A DNA stretch of 64,000 nt from IMG/VR virus record IMGVR_UViG_3300046010_001786; one strand, given 5' to 3'. The position numbers were made by a program, and so were the translations under genes. Origin of the DNA: an uncultured virus (IMG/VR IMGVR_UViG_3300046010_001786). Its lineage: Duplodnaviria; Heunggongvirae; Uroviricota; Caudoviricetes. Position 1 is the stretch's first letter; each line of letters opens with the position of its first letter. Positions 61,920 to 64,000 of this stretch are shown piece after piece. Below the pieces are notes generated by a model. The model did not search any database. It worked only from the letters and a program-made list of their open reading frames with translations, and was not told the origin of the DNA.

Positions 61920-64000
61920 TTACCAACGAATTATGACAATTCCTGCGCCGCCTGCGCCGCCTGCATATCCAATATTATAAGTTGGGTTATTCGTACCGCC
62001 GCCACCGCCGCCGCCACCCGTGTTAACAACTCCATTTGAACCAGCAGTATTTGTTGGGCCACCGTCGCCGCCACCCCCTGTACCACCAGTTCCCCTCGTA
62101 GCACCGCCCCCACCACCGCCCCCACCACCAGCGTAAGTTACAGACACACCAGAAATCGACGACGCTGTACCAGTGCCACCATTACCGGATTGTGTTGTTG
62201 TCCCATTGGCCCCAACTGCTGATGCGCCGCCACCACCCCCCGCTCCATAGTTTGCAGAGGCAGTGTTATTTCCACCGTTATTGCCTTGTGATGGAGACAC
62301 TGATGGTGTGTCACCAGCCCCTCCTGTCAAACTTGCTGCACGAATCCCAGCGCCGCCGCCAGAACCACCAGAACCACCATTACCTGCTGTTGCTGCAATT
62401 CCCGCAGCGCCAAACCCTCCACCGGCAGATGTTATGGTACTAAATACTGAATTTGACCCGGCCACACCATTATTTAAAGCAGGGGCAGTTGCCTGAGCAC
62501 CGCCACTGCCTCCAGCGCCTACTGTTACTGTATAAGACGTTCCAGCAGTGACTGCCAAACCGTTTCCAGTGCGATAACCCCCCGCACCTCCGCCACCGCC
62601 GCCCGAACCACCTCCACCACCCCCCGCTACAACGAGGTACTCGACTTCAGTAACCCCCGTTGGGCATACCCATGTGCTAGTAGCCTGGAAGATTTGGAAA
62701 TTGGGCTTGGAGAGGTATTTAAGGATCACGATACCGGAGCCGCCGTTGCCACCAGTTGCTGACGTTGGTGCATTCCAACCGCCTCCACCAGCACCACCAC
62801 CTGTGTTATCTGTGCCATTACCTCCAGCAGTAGCGGCTGGAGTTGCATTACCACCATTTCCACCACCACCTGTACCGCCTGTACCACCTGTAGTTCCACC
62901 CCCACTATGACCGCCACCACCTCCACCACCGGAATACGTTACTGATGTGCCAGAAATAGAGGATGCTGTGCCGTTACCGCCACCTCGTGCTGGAGAACCG
63001 CTTGCCGATTGACCTACTGCGGATGCGCCACCGCCACCTCCGCCACCAAATAGGGTAGGGCCATAAATTCCTGAACCTCCGTTGTTTCCTTGGCTTGGCG
63101 AAACAGAAGGTGTATTTCCTGTACCGCCTGGGCCAAACGTAGCTGGCCCATCTTTAAGAGTGCCGCCACCACCAGAACCTCCATCTGCTCCCGTAGCAAC
63201 TGCTGCCGAAGGGTTATTTATATAAGAACCACCGCCTCCGCCACCCGCAGAAGTAATTGTGCTGAATGTTGAAGACGTTCCAGAGTCAGCTTTTACTGAT
63301 GAATTTTTACCAGCACCACCGGCACCAACAGTAACCGGATAAGAAGTTCCTGGGGTAACAGAAAGCCCTGTCCCCGTTCTAAAACCACCAGCACCGCCTC
63401 CACCACCAATGTGACCACCTCCACCACCGCCAGCCACGACGAGATACTCCACCGTGCTGACCCCTGGTGGGGCTACCCATGTTCCTGAAGATGTAAAGGT
63501 GTTTGTGACCTGTAAGGCTTGAGTCCACTTGAGAATGACAATGCCGGAGCCGCCTGCGCCAGCAGCAATGTTGTCATCTCCAGCGCCGCCTCCGCCTCCG
63601 CCTGTGTTAGCGGTTCCAGCACTTCCAACAGCAGGGGCTTTTCCTCCAGCGCCGCCTCCGCCAGAACCTCCTGAACCAGCCGATCCTCCACTAGATCCCA
63701 TCCCACCGCCACCACCACCTGCATAAGTGAAAGATGATCCAGATATAGTGGATGCGGTTCCATTACCACCATTACCCGATGCGGGAGATGTTGCATTACC
63801 ACCTACCGCACTAGCACCGCCGCCACCTCCAGATGGTCTATTGTTGGCACTTCCAGATGTGAAACCATTGCCCCCATTATTTCCCTGAGATGGCGATGTA
63901 ACGGGAGTATTACCAGAGCCGCCAAGCCCCTGTGTCGTGAAAAAACCTCCAGCACCGCCGCCTGATCCACCGTTCCCGCCATTTGTATCAAAACTAGCCC
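61920..64000 (-). CDS. Gly-rich repeat-domain virion protein, 3' part
   Basis: Frame stays open upstream of the tracked 63701 start to the window end; two full TF..S.TW..P.GV..VEYLVVAGGGGG...GSGIVI units plus a partial one. Confidence 0.85.
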   Translation of the reverse strand, partial: ASFDTNGGNGGSGGGAGGFFTTQGLGGSGNTPVTSPSQGNNGGNGFTSGSANNRPSGGGGGASAVGGNATSPASGNGGNGTASTISGSSFTYAGGGGGGMGSSGGSAGSGGSGGGGAGGKAPAVGSAGTANTGGGGGGAGDDNIAAGAGGSGIVILKWTQALQVTNTFTSSGTWVAPPGVSTVEYLVVAGGGGGGHIGGGGGAGGFRTGTGLSVTPGTSYPVTVGAGGAGKNSSVKADSGTSSTFSTITSAGGGGGGSYINNPSAAVATGADGGSGGGGTLKDGPATFGPGGTGNTPSVSPSQGNNGGSGIYGPTLFGGGGGGGASAVGQSASGSPARGGGNGTASSISGTSVTYSGGGGGGGHSGGGTTGGTGGTGGGGNGGNATPAATAGGNGTDNTGGGAGGGGWNAPTSATGGNGGSGIVILKYLSKPNFQIFQATSTWVCPTGVTEVEYLVVAGGGGGGSGGGGGGAGGYRTGNGLAVTAGTSYTVTVGAGGSGGAQATAPALNNGVAGSNSVFSTITSAGGGFGAAGIAATAGNGGSGGSGGGAGIRAASLTGGAGDTPSVSPSQGNNGGNNTASANYGAGGGGGASAVGANGTTTQSGNGGTGTASSISGVSVTYAGGGGGGGGGATRGTGGTGGGGDGGPTNTAGSNGVVNTGGGGGGGGTNNPTYNIGYAGGAGGAGIVIIRW

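Noticed and set aside
39816..63726. Numerous plus-strand and alternate-frame ORFs overlapping minus-strand genes
   Set aside because: Shadow ORFs of long, motif-bearing minus-strand genes; no independent motifs.
57575..64000. Diversity-generating retroelement acting on fibre genes
   Set aside because: No reverse transcriptase and no template/variable repeat pair differing only at adenines.

Overview
The window is an almost complete (~64.2 kb, circularly permuted) genome of a tailed dsDNA phage with a Mu-gpT-like capsid, podovirus-like tail and ejection proteins, and no integrase. Both window ends fall inside the same Gly-rich repeat gene. Most genes are on the minus strand: tail and tail-fibre genes with 2OG-Fe(II) oxygenases, lysis genes, ejection proteins including a 2710-aa polyvalent protein, recombination/replication genes, and the terminase-portal-capsid block. 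A plus-strand cluster of small early-type genes lies at 21.7-25.7 kb. The standout is at 33.3-35.2 kb: a RAMP/Cas7-like gene, a small partner gene and a ~630-nt non-coding array of 11 units built from 5-nt (GGN+NN) steps. Reading the variable dinucleotides as codon positions 1-2, four units spell conserved P4-family tyrosine-integrase motifs (MKAxxEHRVPL, HGFRSTFRDW, YxxSDxxExR, EKRRxLMxxW). This points to an RNA-guided, wobble-skipping system aimed at integrases of competing mobile elements. Other notable features are ~16 copies of a parS-like palindrome TGTAACA-N1-3-TGTTACA, a GIY-YIG endonuclease carrying a synonymously recoded restart of the gene it interrupts, and a Mu-gpT-DE-like structured RNA. 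All family assignments come from motif recognition by eye, not from database searches.
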